From Candidatus Omnitrophota bacterium (GTDB lineage: Bacteria; Omnitrophota; Omnitrophia; Omnitrophales; Aquincolibacteriaceae), in the NCBI GenBank assembly GCA_035352955.1, contig DAOPYQ010000003.1:76901-140900 (forward strand): a stretch of 64,000 bases of DNA, written 5' to 3'. Within the stretch, counting starts at the first letter, position 1; each line of letters begins with the position of its first letter. A model generated the notes under the pieces. That model was not told the DNA's origin. It searched no databases and saw only the letters and a list, made by a program, of their open reading frames with translations. Made by a program: the position numbers and the translations under genes. Below, in pieces: positions 1 through 9,700 of the stretch.

Positions 1-706
1 GTTTCCGGTTCTTGATACACCAGAAGTCGAACAGATCACCCTGTTTGGCCACCCAGTTCCCCACCGGCCGCATCCGGCGCCGTGCCACGACCGGAAGTTT
101 TTTCTCCTCACCGTGGGCGAGCGTCATCTTGGCATAGTCCCCGCGCGGGATAAAATCCATCGCACGGTCCACGGCCTTCTGGGCCAGTTCCGCCCACGAG
201 AGGCTCAACGTCAACTCCTCCGCGAGTTTGCGGAGATTGTAGTAGGTTGAATATTTCTCGAAAAACGTGCTGATGCCTTCGCCTTTGGCCTTAAAGATCA
301 CTTCGAGGTCGTTCGTCTCGTCCTGATATTTTTCCTGCTCGACGCCAAGCATGGCGATCTGACCTTCGAAAAATCCCTCGACCCGGTGAAGCACGATCAT
401 GAGCGCGACATAGAAAAGGAAGATCCAGAAAAAAACGGGCAACTTCGTGATCGAGACGATGAAAAGGACGAGCGGGATCAGGTAGGCGAACATGAGGACG
501 TTCAAGCCGGCCCATTTAAAACGCCACCAGACCGAAAAGACCACGAGCGAAAAAGCGACCAGGAGGATGGCAATGCGAAGAAGGTAGATCTCGGGAGAAA
601 CGGTGCCCTTCAGCTGGGACAGCGAAAGAACGATCAGGTAGGTCAGAAGAAAAGCGACCCCGAGGCCGATCGCAAAGACAACTCGCCGCAGGGTCAGTAA
701 ACCCAT
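1..706 (-). CDS. Hypothetical membrane protein. The ATG is at 706..704 and the C-terminal part runs off the window edge.
   Basis: The minus-strand frame is open from 706 to position 1 with no stop. The N-terminus MGLLTLRRVVFAIGLGVAFLLTYLIVLSLS... gives about three predicted TM helices, followed by a soluble domain. It starts 18 nt after the stop of the ABC ATPase gene. It is absent from the supplied ORF track only because it has no in-window stop. Confidence 0.5.
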   Translation of the reverse strand, partial: MGLLTLRRVVFAIGLGVAFLLTYLIVLSLSQLKGTVSPEIYLLRIAILLVAFSLVVFSVWWRFKWAGLNVLMFAYLIPLVLFIVSITKLPVFFWIFLFYVALMIVLHRVEGFFEGQIAMLGVEQEKYQDETNDLEVIFKAKGEGISTFFEKYSTYYNLRKLAEELTLSLSWAELAQKAVDRAMDFIPRGDYAKMTLAHGEEKKLPVVARRRMRPVGNWVAKQGDLFDFWCIKNRK

Positions 707-723
707 TATTACACCATGATCAT

Positions 724-1830
724 CTAAGAAACCGCGATCCCCGTCTGAGGATCAAAGAAATGCGCTTTACTCATATCGAACACCACCTGCAGATCCTGGT
801 TCATGGCCGCCGTATCCTGGTTGGAGACGCGCACGACGAAATTATTGCCGCCGCAGGTCAGGTACAAAAAGATCTCGGACCCCATCGGCTCGACGACATC
901 GACCGTCGCCATGATCGTAAATTCCGGACGCGCGTCCTGGGCGAAAATCTTATCGTAAATGTCCTCGGGACGGATGCCCATCGTGAGGGTCTGGCCTTTG
1001 AACGCCGCGATCCTGGAATAAAAATGCGGCAGGATCCGGAGTTTGATCCCGCGGTCCTGGAAGAAATAATCCCCTTCTTCGGCGACGATCGTCCCTTTAA
1101 GAAAATTCATCGGAGGCGACCCGATAAAACCGGCGACGAACTTGTTGTTTGGGCGTTCGTAAAGATTCACGGGATCGGCGACCTGCTGGACGTTCCCCTT
1201 CAACATGACAACGATCCGGTCCCCGAGCGTGAGCGCCTCGACCTGGTCGTGCGTAACGTAGATCATCGTGCAACGCAGGCGGTTGTGCAGCTTCTGCAAT
1301 TCCATGCGCATCTGGACCCGGAGCTTCGCGTCGAGATTGCTCAGCGGCTCGTCAAAGAGAAAGACCTTCGGTTTGCGGACGATCGCCCGGCCGACCGCGA
1401 CACGCTGGCGCTCCCCGCCGGAAAGTTCCTTGGGCCGGCGTTTCAGCATCTCGACCGTGAGGCCGAGGATCTCGGCGGCCTCGTGGACACGCCGCTCGAT
1501 CTCTTTTTTGGGATAATGCCGGAGTTTGAGACCGAACGCGAGGTTCTCGTAAACGGTCATATGCGGGTAAAGGGCGTAATTCTGGAACACCATCGCGATG
1601 TCGCGGTTCTTGGCCGGAACGTCGTTGACGAGCATTCCGTCGATATAGATCTCGCCTTCGGAGATCTCTTCAAGCCCCGCGATCATCCGGAGCGTCGTGG
1701 ACTTCCCGCAGCCCGAGGGGCCGACCAGCACGACAAACTCGCGGTCCTGGATCTCGAGGCTGACGTTATTGACGGCGCGGACGTCATCCTTGTAGATTTT
1801 CGAGACGTTCTTCAGCGTAACATGCGCCAA
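724..1830 (-). CDS. ABC transporter ATP-binding protein, MalK/UgpC/MsmX sugar-import family
   Basis: Walker A GPSGCGKST, ABC signature LSGGERQRVAVGRAI, Walker B VFLFDEPLSNLD, and a C-terminal MalK-type regulatory domain. Confidence 0.9.
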   Translation of the reverse strand: MAHVTLKNVSKIYKDDVRAVNNVSLEIQDREFVVLVGPSGCGKSTTLRMIAGLEEISEGEIYIDGMLVNDVPAKNRDIAMVFQNYALYPHMTVYENLAFGLKLRHYPKKEIERRVHEAAEILGLTVEMLKRRPKELSGGERQRVAVGRAIVRKPKVFLFDEPLSNLDAKLRVQMRMELQKLHNRLRCTMIYVTHDQVEALTLGDRIVVMLKGNVQQVADPVNLYERPNNKFVAGFIGSPPMNFLKGTIVAEEGDYFFQDRGIKLRILPHFYSRIAAFKGQTLTMGIRPEDIYDKIFAQDARPEFTIMATVDVVEPMGSEIFLYLTCGGNNFVVRVSNQDTAAMNQDLQVVFDMSKAHFFDPQTGIAVS

Positions 1831-1851
1831 GGGGTTTCTCCGATTTGGGAT

Positions 1852-2688
1852 CTAGGCTAGATATTCGAGCAACAGTGCAAGTTTTTGTTTCAGGTCCGCG
1901 CGGTTAACGACCATATCGATCAGCCCGTGGTCCAGCAGGAACTCGGACGTCTGGAAATCCGCCGGGAGTTTCTGTCGGATGGTCTGCTCGATCACCCGCG
2001 GCCCGGCGAACCCGAGAAGCGCACGGGGCTCGGCCACGATCACGTCGCCGATCGACGCAAAACTCGCCATCACGCCGCCCATCGTCGGGTTGGTGAGGAC
2101 CGAAATAAAGGGAAGCCGTTCTTTCTGGTAACGCGTCAACGCCACACAGGTCTTGGCCATTTGCATGAGGCTCAGGGCGCCCTCGTACATCCGCGCGCCG
2201 CCGCCGGACCCGGAAACCACGATCAGCGGAAGTTTGTTCTCAAGGGCGTGTTCGATCAGGCGCGTGATCTTCTCCCCGACCACCGACCCCATCGACCCCA
2301 TGATGAACCGCGAATCCGTCACGCCCAGCGCGCAACTTTTACCGAGGATCTTCGCCTCGCCGGTCAGGCAGGCGTCCTTGAGGCCGGTCTTTTTCTGGTC
2401 CTGCTTGATCTTTTCGGGATAGGCCTTCACGGCGGAGAATTTCAGAGGATCTTCGGAGCAAAGGTTGGCGTCCATCTCCTTGAACGTGCCTTCATCGGCG
2501 AGCTGGTGGAGGCGGTCCCAGGCCCCCATGATGAAATGGTAGGAGCATTTGGTGCAAACAAGCAGGTTTTCTTTGAGGGTCTTGTTGAACATCACCGTTT
2601 GACAGCTCGGACACTTGGTCCAGAGACCGGCGGGGATACTTTTCTTCCTGAGTCCCTTCGTGACCATCAACGCGGGCGCCTGCGACAT
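1852..2688 (-). CDS. accD: Acetyl-CoA carboxylase carboxyltransferase beta subunit. The ORF extends to 2802, but the homology-supported start is MSQAPAL at 2688.
   Basis: N-terminal Zn ribbon CPSC...CTKC. The conserved AccD core SMGSVVGEKI...PTMGGVMASFA...GFAGPRVIEQT is present. Confidence 0.88.
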   Translation of the reverse strand: MSQAPALMVTKGLRKKSIPAGLWTKCPSCQTVMFNKTLKENLLVCTKCSYHFIMGAWDRLHQLADEGTFKEMDANLCSEDPLKFSAVKAYPEKIKQDQKKTGLKDACLTGEAKILGKSCALGVTDSRFIMGSMGSVVGEKITRLIEHALENKLPLIVVSGSGGGARMYEGALSLMQMAKTCVALTRYQKERLPFISVLTNPTMGGVMASFASIGDVIVAEPRALLGFAGPRVIEQTIRQKLPADFQTSEFLLDHGLIDMVVNRADLKQKLALLLEYLA

Positions 2689-2898
2689 AGGATCATTCCT
2701 CGACTTGTTGTATTCCGGAGAGACCGCCTTATAAAAATGCCACGGAAGAGTTCTTGGCACCGGATCCCATTCCGTGGCGGACCATGACGAAAACTGCTCC
2801 ATTATAAAAAATCCTCCTGGTGTGTCAATCGGTTTCTTCCCCCTAAGTGCCGAAATCTCCTGGCTTTACAACATTTTTCCTGCATGGTATGTTGGCGC

Positions 2899-4335
2899 AT
2901 GGATCCGCAAATCCGTCAAACCCAATCCCAAAAGATGGTCCTCTCCCCGCAAATGCGGGAGTATCTCCGCCTGCTGCATCTTCCTCTCGCGGACCTCCGC
3001 CAGGCCGTCGAAAGCGCCCTGGAGGAAAACCCGCTGCTGGAAGAAACTCCCGGCAAAGAGGAAGAAGAGGCCGTCGAACCCGCGCCCGTTTCTCCCGTGA
3101 TGGAAAGCGACGACGAGATCGATGAAACCGAAGCCGCCCTTCCGGAATGGGCCCGAAAAGAACCGCTTTCCTTCACGCAATCCCCGTCGGACCTGGCGCG
3201 ACGCGATCCTGGGGACGCGAAAAAGATCCGGAATTTCCAGGAAACTCTCATCACCCGACCCGAAAGCCTCTTCGATTATCTCGAGTGGCAGCTCCCCTTC
3301 CTGGCACTCGACAAGTCCGAACAGAAGATCGCCGAAGAGATCCTCGGGAACATCGACCCGGACGGTTACTTGACCGCCTCCTTGGCGGAGATCGCCGCCG
3401 CCACGCACGGCACGTCGGAGCAGGTCGAAGAAGTCCTCCGGAAGGTCCAGCAACTGGATCCGCCGGGCGTCGGGGCGCGCAACCTCCGGGAAGCGCTTTT
3501 GATCCAGCTCGAGAGGAAAGGAACCCCGGTCGCTTTGGCCACAGAGATCGTCCGGGACCATCTGGACCTGCTGGCGAAAAAGGACTGGAAAATGCTGGAG
3601 CGGATCTTCAACGCAAGCGGGCCGGACATCAAAAAAGCGGTGGAGGTCGTCTCCCGGCTCGAGCCAAAACCGGGGCGCAGTTTTTATACCGAGGAAGCGA
3701 TCGCCGTCACGCCGGACGCAACGGTCTCGATCAAGGACGGTACGAATGACGGCCTGGAAATCGACCTCCATAAGGAATTCATTCCCGAGATCCGGATCAA
3801 CCCGGAATACCGGCGAATGCTCCGCGAAAAAGACACCGATGCCCAGACCCGGGAGTTCCTGAAAATGCGGCTTGCGAGCGGCCAGGATTTTTTGAAGGCG
3901 TTGGAGCAACGGAAATCGACGCTCCGTGCGATCACAGAAGAACTCGTCCGGGCCCAGCCGCTCTTTTTCACGCGCGGGTTTTCCGAGCTTCGTCCCCTGC
4001 GCCTCAAGGATATCGCCGAACGGTTGGGGCTCCATGAATCCACCGTCAGCCGCGCGATCCACGGGAAATACCTCAAGACCCCGCAGGGCACGATCCCGTA
4101 CAAAAGTTTCTTTTCAAAAAAACTTGAAACCGCGGACGGAGAAGGCGAATCCCAGAAAAGCATCCTGGAGAGGATCCGTTCGCTGGTCGAAAAGGAAGAT
4201 CCGAAAAAACCGCTGAGCGATCAGGCGCTCCTCAAGGCGCTTGAAGAAAGCGGGATCCGGATCGCGCGCCGCACGGTCGCCAAGTACCGCGACCTCCTGA
4301 AGATCCTCCCCACCCATCTCCGCAGGCAACGGTAG
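2899..4335 (+). CDS. rpoN: RNA polymerase sigma-54 factor. The ORF begins at 2884 and the homology-based start is MDPQ at 2899.
   Basis: N-terminal region I (MVLSPQMREYLRLLHLPLADL) matches the E. coli RpoN N-terminus. The C-terminal RpoN box ARRTVAKYR and the HTH motif are present. Confidence 0.92.
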   Translation: MDPQIRQTQSQKMVLSPQMREYLRLLHLPLADLRQAVESALEENPLLEETPGKEEEEAVEPAPVSPVMESDDEIDETEAALPEWARKEPLSFTQSPSDLARRDPGDAKKIRNFQETLITRPESLFDYLEWQLPFLALDKSEQKIAEEILGNIDPDGYLTASLAEIAAATHGTSEQVEEVLRKVQQLDPPGVGARNLREALLIQLERKGTPVALATEIVRDHLDLLAKKDWKMLERIFNASGPDIKKAVEVVSRLEPKPGRSFYTEEAIAVTPDATVSIKDGTNDGLEIDLHKEFIPEIRINPEYRRMLREKDTDAQTREFLKMRLASGQDFLKALEQRKSTLRAITEELVRAQPLFFTRGFSELRPLRLKDIAERLGLHESTVSRAIHGKYLKTPQGTIPYKSFFSKKLETADGEGESQKSILERIRSLVEKEDPKKPLSDQALLKALEESGIRIARRTVAKYRDLLKILPTHLRRQR

Positions 4336-4362
4336 CCCGCCCCAAAAACAGGACCTCTTTTC

Positions 4363-5115
4363 CTATTTCGGAAGGGTCCGGTAGGCGTCGCGGATCACGT
4401 TCGAAGCGATCGCCAAGGCTGCGTTATCGCCGCCCCGGCGGCCGCCGCTCACAAGTCCCAACAAATACCCTTTCCGGTCCAGGATCGGCGACCCGCTGTC
4501 GCCGCTATAAAGATGAAAACCGAAACGCACCTGCACGAAGGCCGGCCGGACCCCCTGGGGAGCGGGTTGTTTTAAAACAGCGCTGACCTCCCCGCCGAAA
4601 AGCGACCGGTTGTGGTCGAGGGCGTGCCCCATGCAATAGACTTTTGCTCCTGGCAAAAGACCGTCGGAATTCGCAAGCGGCACATAAGCGAGCGGAAACG
4701 GCGGCACGATGGAGAGAAAGGCGATATCGGTTTCCGGGATCACCTGAAGGATCCGCCCTTCGGCGCGGGTCCCATCAAAAAGTTTCACGGAGACCCCGGC
4801 CGCATCCCGGACGATATGGGCGTTGGTGACAAGGATCCCTCGCGGGTCGATAATGACACCGCTGCCGCTCCGCGCGTACTTGACGATCCTGCCGGGATTC
4901 CGGCTGAGGAAAAGCGCCGCCGTACCACTATAAGCGCCTGCTTTTTGTACGCCGGGTCCGGCCGCATTAACGCTTTCGATCGTCACCAAAGCCGCCGACG
5001 GTTGGGAGGACGCGGACCGCCCGGGAGCGCAGACCCCGGCCGACGCCCCCTCCAAGAGAAAAAAGACAAGGCACAGCAGCGCACAGACCTTCTTTGGCTT
5101 AGACAAAAGGATCAT
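4363..5115 (-). CDS. Secreted trypsin-like (S1/HtrA-like) serine protease without PDZ domains
   Basis: Signal peptide present. Catalytic triad motifs TNAHIV (His), DIAFL (Asp) and GDSGSP (Ser). Confidence 0.75.
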   Translation of the reverse strand: MILLSKPKKVCALLCLVFFLLEGASAGVCAPGRSASSQPSAALVTIESVNAAGPGVQKAGAYSGTAALFLSRNPGRIVKYARSGSGVIIDPRGILVTNAHIVRDAAGVSVKLFDGTRAEGRILQVIPETDIAFLSIVPPFPLAYVPLANSDGLLPGAKVYCMGHALDHNRSLFGGEVSAVLKQPAPQGVRPAFVQVRFGFHLYSGDSGSPILDRKGYLLGLVSGGRRGGDNAALAIASNVIRDAYRTLPK

Positions 5116-5185
5116 GCCTAATATTTCGACCGGGTATGCGCGAGACTTGAAACTGAAGCAGCCATGGAGAGAAGAAAACGCGATA

Positions 5186-5258
5186 AGCTGGTGGTCAGAA
5201 TCGAACTGACGACCTGCTGTTTACGAAACAGCTGCTCTACCAACTGAGCTACACCAGC
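5186..5258 (-). tRNA. tRNA-Thr (anticodon CGT)
   Basis: Manual fold of the minus-strand sequence gives acceptor GCTGGTG/CACCAGC, D arm GCTC-AGTTGGTA-GAGC, anticodon arm GCTGT-TTCGTAA-ACAGC, and T arm GTCAG-TTCGATT-CTGAC. The 3' CCA is not encoded. Confidence 0.85.
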
Positions 5259-5316
5259 ATGTCACGTTTTTGAAAAAGCAGGTGGGGATTATACCAAAAA
5301 GCCGCAGCAAATCGAG

Positions 5317-6744
5317 TTAAGATTTGAGAAAAACGTCGACCGCCTGCGCAGCCTGGCGACCCTGGCTGATCGCCCAGACCACGAGCGACGCGCCCCGGAC
5401 CGTGTCGCCCGCCGCGAACACACCCGGCGCCGAACTCAGGAAGTTACCGTTCGTCAGCACGTTCCCACGCGCATCGAACTGCACGCCGAGGTCCGTGAAA
5501 AGCTTCGAATGTTCCACGTGCACGAACCCCATCGCAAGGAGCACCAGATCGGCCTGGAGGACGAATTCGGCCCCGGGGATCTCTTTCATCGAATACTGCC
5601 CGGTCGTCTTGTCGAGCGACCATTCCACACGCGCACAATGCGCTTCATGGACGTTCCCGTCCCTGGCGGTGAATCGTTTCGTGGTGATCGCCCAGTCGCG
5701 CTCGCAACCTTCCTCGTGCGACGTGGAGTTCCGCAGGATCTGCGGCCAGTTCGGCCATACCGGATTCCACGGTTCTTTCCATTCCCGCGGCTTCGGGAGG
5801 ATCTCGTACTGATAAACTTTCTTGGCCCCCTGGCGGTTCGACGTTCCCACGCAGTCGGAACCCGTGTCCCCGCCCCCGATCACAAGCACCGTTTTCCCCT
5901 TCGCGGAGATCGCCGGCGCGGCAGAGGCCTCGCCCGAGACCCGACGATTCGAAAGCGTCAGGAATTCCATCGCAAAATGGACCCCCGGAAGTTCCCGGCC
6001 CGGGATCTTGAGGTCGCGCGGTTCCCCGGCACCCATCGTGAGCAGGATCGCGTCAAAATCCTTTTTGAGCTGGGCGGCCGTGACCGTCTCGCCAGCATTC
6101 ACGTTCATTTCAAATTTCACGCCTTCGGCTTTCATCTGTTCGATCCGGCGGTCGAGGACCCATTTTTCCAGTTTGAAATCCGGGATCCCGTAGCGGAGGA
6201 TGCCCCCCGCCTTCGCCGATTTTTCAAATAGCGTCACCTGGTGGCCCCTCCGGCGGAGCTGCTGCGCAGAAGTGAGTCCGGCCGGACCGGAGCCGATCAC
6301 GGCAACGCGCTTGGCGGTCTCGGTTTGCGGCGGCTGCGGTTTCACCCACCCTTCGGCGAACGCCCGTTCGACGATCGCGAGCTCGATCTGCTCGATCGTG
6401 ACCGGCGCCGAATTGATCGAAAGCGTGCACGCCGCTTCGCACGGTGCGGGACAAACGCGCCCCGTCACCTCGGGAAGATTGTTCGTCAGCGAAAGCCGCT
6501 CGTACGCATCGCGCCACTGCCCGCGGTAGACCGCGTCGTTCCACTCCGGGATAAGATTGTAGACCGGGCAGCCGATCGCATGGCAGTACGGAATACCGCA
6601 ATCCATGCACCGGGCCCCCTGTTTTTTCAGGTCCTCGGGAGACAATCGCTGCGGGATCTCTTTATAATCCTTCAGCCGCTCCGCGACCGGTCGCTTCGCC
6701 CCGAGCGCCCGCTGATATTCCAAAAATCCCTCTGGCTTACCCAT
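5317..6744 (-). CDS. gltD: Glutamate synthase (NADPH) small subunit
   Basis: N-terminal Fe-S cysteine cluster CMDCGIPYC. FAD/NAD Rossmann motifs VAVIGSGPAGL and VLVIGGGDTGSD. One-nt overlap with the gltB stop. Confidence 0.9.
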   Translation of the reverse strand: MGKPEGFLEYQRALGAKRPVAERLKDYKEIPQRLSPEDLKKQGARCMDCGIPYCHAIGCPVYNLIPEWNDAVYRGQWRDAYERLSLTNNLPEVTGRVCPAPCEAACTLSINSAPVTIEQIELAIVERAFAEGWVKPQPPQTETAKRVAVIGSGPAGLTSAQQLRRRGHQVTLFEKSAKAGGILRYGIPDFKLEKWVLDRRIEQMKAEGVKFEMNVNAGETVTAAQLKKDFDAILLTMGAGEPRDLKIPGRELPGVHFAMEFLTLSNRRVSGEASAAPAISAKGKTVLVIGGGDTGSDCVGTSNRQGAKKVYQYEILPKPREWKEPWNPVWPNWPQILRNSTSHEEGCERDWAITTKRFTARDGNVHEAHCARVEWSLDKTTGQYSMKEIPGAEFVLQADLVLLAMGFVHVEHSKLFTDLGVQFDARGNVLTNGNFLSSAPGVFAAGDTVRGASLVVWAISQGRQAAQAVDVFLKS

Positions 6745-9700
6745 CAGATGAAAACCTCCTCGGTCATGTCCGCGGTCTCAGAACCCCGCGTCTGGCGCTC
6801 CCGGAGCTTCTCGAGCGCCTTTTTATAATCCATCGGCATCACCTTCACAAAGCGCGGCAACATCTCATCCCAACTCGCAAGGACCGCCTTCGCAAATTTA
6901 CTCCCGGTGAACTTCGCATGCCGCTCGATGGAGGTCCTGAGAAACGTCGTGTCCTCCGCCTCGACCACCGGCTCCAGATCCACCATTTCAAGATTGCAGC
7001 GCGTGTCAAAAAGCTGGTTCTCATCCAGCACGTACGCGATCCCGCCGCTCATCCCCGCGGCAAAATTCACGCCCGTCTCGCCCAGGATCACGACCCGCCC
7101 GCCCGTCATGTATTCACATCCGTGGTCGCCGACCCCCTCAACGACCGCGATCGCGCCGCTGTTCCGGACACAGAACCGCTCGCCCGCGCGGCCGTGGATA
7201 TAAACCTCTCCGCTCGTCGCGCCGAACAGGTTCACGTTCCCCGTGATCATGTTGTCCTGCGGCCTGAACGTCGACGACTGCGGCGGGTACACGATCATCC
7301 GGCCGCCCGAAAGCCCCTTCCCGAAATAATCGTTCGCGTCACCTTCCAACTCGAACGTGATCCCGTGCGCCAGGAACGCCCCGAAACTCTGTCCCGCCGA
7401 ACCCTCGAACTTGATGTGCAGCGTATCTTCCGGAAGCCCCGCAAGACCGTACCGTTTTGCAACCTCGTAACTAAGCGTCGCCCCGACCGTGCGGTTACAA
7501 TTACGGATCTTCTGTTGAAGCACGACCGGCTGCTTGACCTCAAGCGCGGCCTTCGCCTTCTTGACCAGGTCCGGATCAAGCGACAGTGAAAGATCATGTT
7601 GCTGCTTCGACACGCATCGGATCGATCCGCCCTCCGGCACTTCCGCCTTCGCAAGAACCTTCGAAAAATCCAGCCCCTTGGTCTTGTAATGCTCGATCGC
7701 GTGATTCACCTCCAGCCGCTCCACGTGACCGACCATGTCCTCAAATTTCCTGAACCCGAGTTCCGCCATCCATTCCCGGACCTCCTGGGCCACGAACCGC
7801 ATAAAATTCATCAACGACTCCGGTTTCCCGGCAAAACGCTTGCGGAGCTCCGGATTCTGCGTCGCCACGCCGACCGGGCAGGTGTTCAGATGACACTTGC
7901 GCATCATGATGCAACCGAGCGTCACGACCGTCGAAGTCCCGAAACCGAATTCTTCGGCGCCAAGCAACGCGGCGATCACCACGTCGCGGCCCGTCTTCAG
8001 CTGGCCGTCGGTCTGCACGCGGATCCTGTCACGAAGCTTGTTCATCACGAGCACCTGTTGGGCTTCGGCGAGACCGATCTCCCACGGAGAGCCGGCGTAT
8101 TTGATCGACGAGATCGGCGATGCACCCGTCCCGCCATCGTGCCCGCTGATCAGGACCATGTCCGCTTTTCCCTTCGCAACGCCGGCCGCGACCGTCCCGA
8201 CCCCGACCTCAGAGACGAGCTTCACGGAAACCCGCGCTTCGGGATTGGCGTTCTTCAGATCAAAAATAAGCTGGGCCAGGTCTTCGATGGAATAAATATC
8301 ATGGTGCGGCGGCGGCGAAATGAGCATCACCCCCGGCGTCGAATGGCGAACCTTCGCGATCATCGCGTCCACCTTGTGTCCCGGCAGCTGTCCGCCCTCG
8401 CCCGGCTTCGCCCCCTGCGCCATCTTGATCTGTAGCTCTTTAGAATTCGCCAGATAATGGATCGTCACGCCGAAACGCGCCGAAGCGACCTGCTTGATCA
8501 TGCTCTTTGCGGAATCGCCGTTCGGAAGCGGCAAGTAGCGAGACTCATCTTCCCCGCCCTCGCCGGAATTGCTCGCGGCGCCGAGACGGTTCATGGCGAT
8601 CGCGATCGTTTCGTGGGTTTCCTTACTGATCGACCCAAACGACATCGCCGACGACACGAACCGTTTCACGATGGACTCGACCGGCTCGACCTCGTCGATG
8701 GGCACGGACGCGCCGGGCTTGAATTTAAAAAGGCCGCGGAGCGTACAGAGATTCCGGCTGATATCATTGACCTCGGCCGAATATTTTTTGAACGTCGCGT
8801 AATCGTTCTCGCGCGTTGCCTTCTGGAGAAGCGTGACCGCCATCGGCGACCAGAGATGTTTCTCGGAAAACAGGCGGTAGTGGTACTTGCCGCCGGAGTT
8901 GAGCGAATCCGCCACCGTCTCCCGGACCTGGAAAGCGCTCCGGAACCGTTCGACCGTCTCGCGCTCCACCGCCTCGATCCCGATCCCGTTGATCCGGGAC
9001 GCCGTACCCGGGAAATAGGTCGCTATAAAGTCGTCGTTCAACCCGACCGCCTCGAAGATCTGCGCGCCCCGGTAACTCCGGATCGTCGAGATCCCCATCT
9101 TCGACATGACCTTCAGCAGGCCCTTCTTGACCGCGGTGATGTAATTTTCGATCGCCGTTTCGATCGTGATCTTCCCGGACAGGCACCCGCGCCGCTTCAG
9201 ATCCGCCAGCGTCTCGAAGACAAGGTAGGGATTGATCGCGTTCACGCCGTAGCCGACCAGACACGCAAAATGCTGGACTTCGCGGGCTTCACCGGTTTCA
9301 AGCACCAGCCCTCCGAGGTAACGTTTCCCCACCCGGATCAGATGCTGATGGACCGCCGTTGCCGCCAACAGGGCCGGGATCGGCGCCTGGTCCGCGGAAG
9401 CCCCGCGATCGCTCAGAATGACCAGCGAATGACCTTCATCGATCTTTTTCTCGACGTTCTCGCAGAGTCCCTTGACCGCCTTGGGAAGATCCCCCGCGGC
9501 CGCAGGATTAAAAAGCATGGGAACCGTGGCGACACGAAAACTGCTGAGGTTCGAGGTCTTCAAACGGTCGATATCGTCGTTCGTCAGAACCGGATGGGAA
9601 AGCTTCAGCTGGTGACAGTGCTCCGGCCTCTCCTCCAGAAGATTCCCCTGGCGCCCCACGAAGCTCATCAGCGACATGACCAGGTTCTCGCGGTACGGAT

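Noticed and set aside
386-700. Plus-strand ORF encoding a low-complexity KDERD-rich 104-aa peptide
   Set aside because: It is the mirror frame of a genuine minus-strand membrane-protein gene (1..706) whose frame is open to the window edge. The composition is an artefact of reading GC-rich membrane codons backwards.
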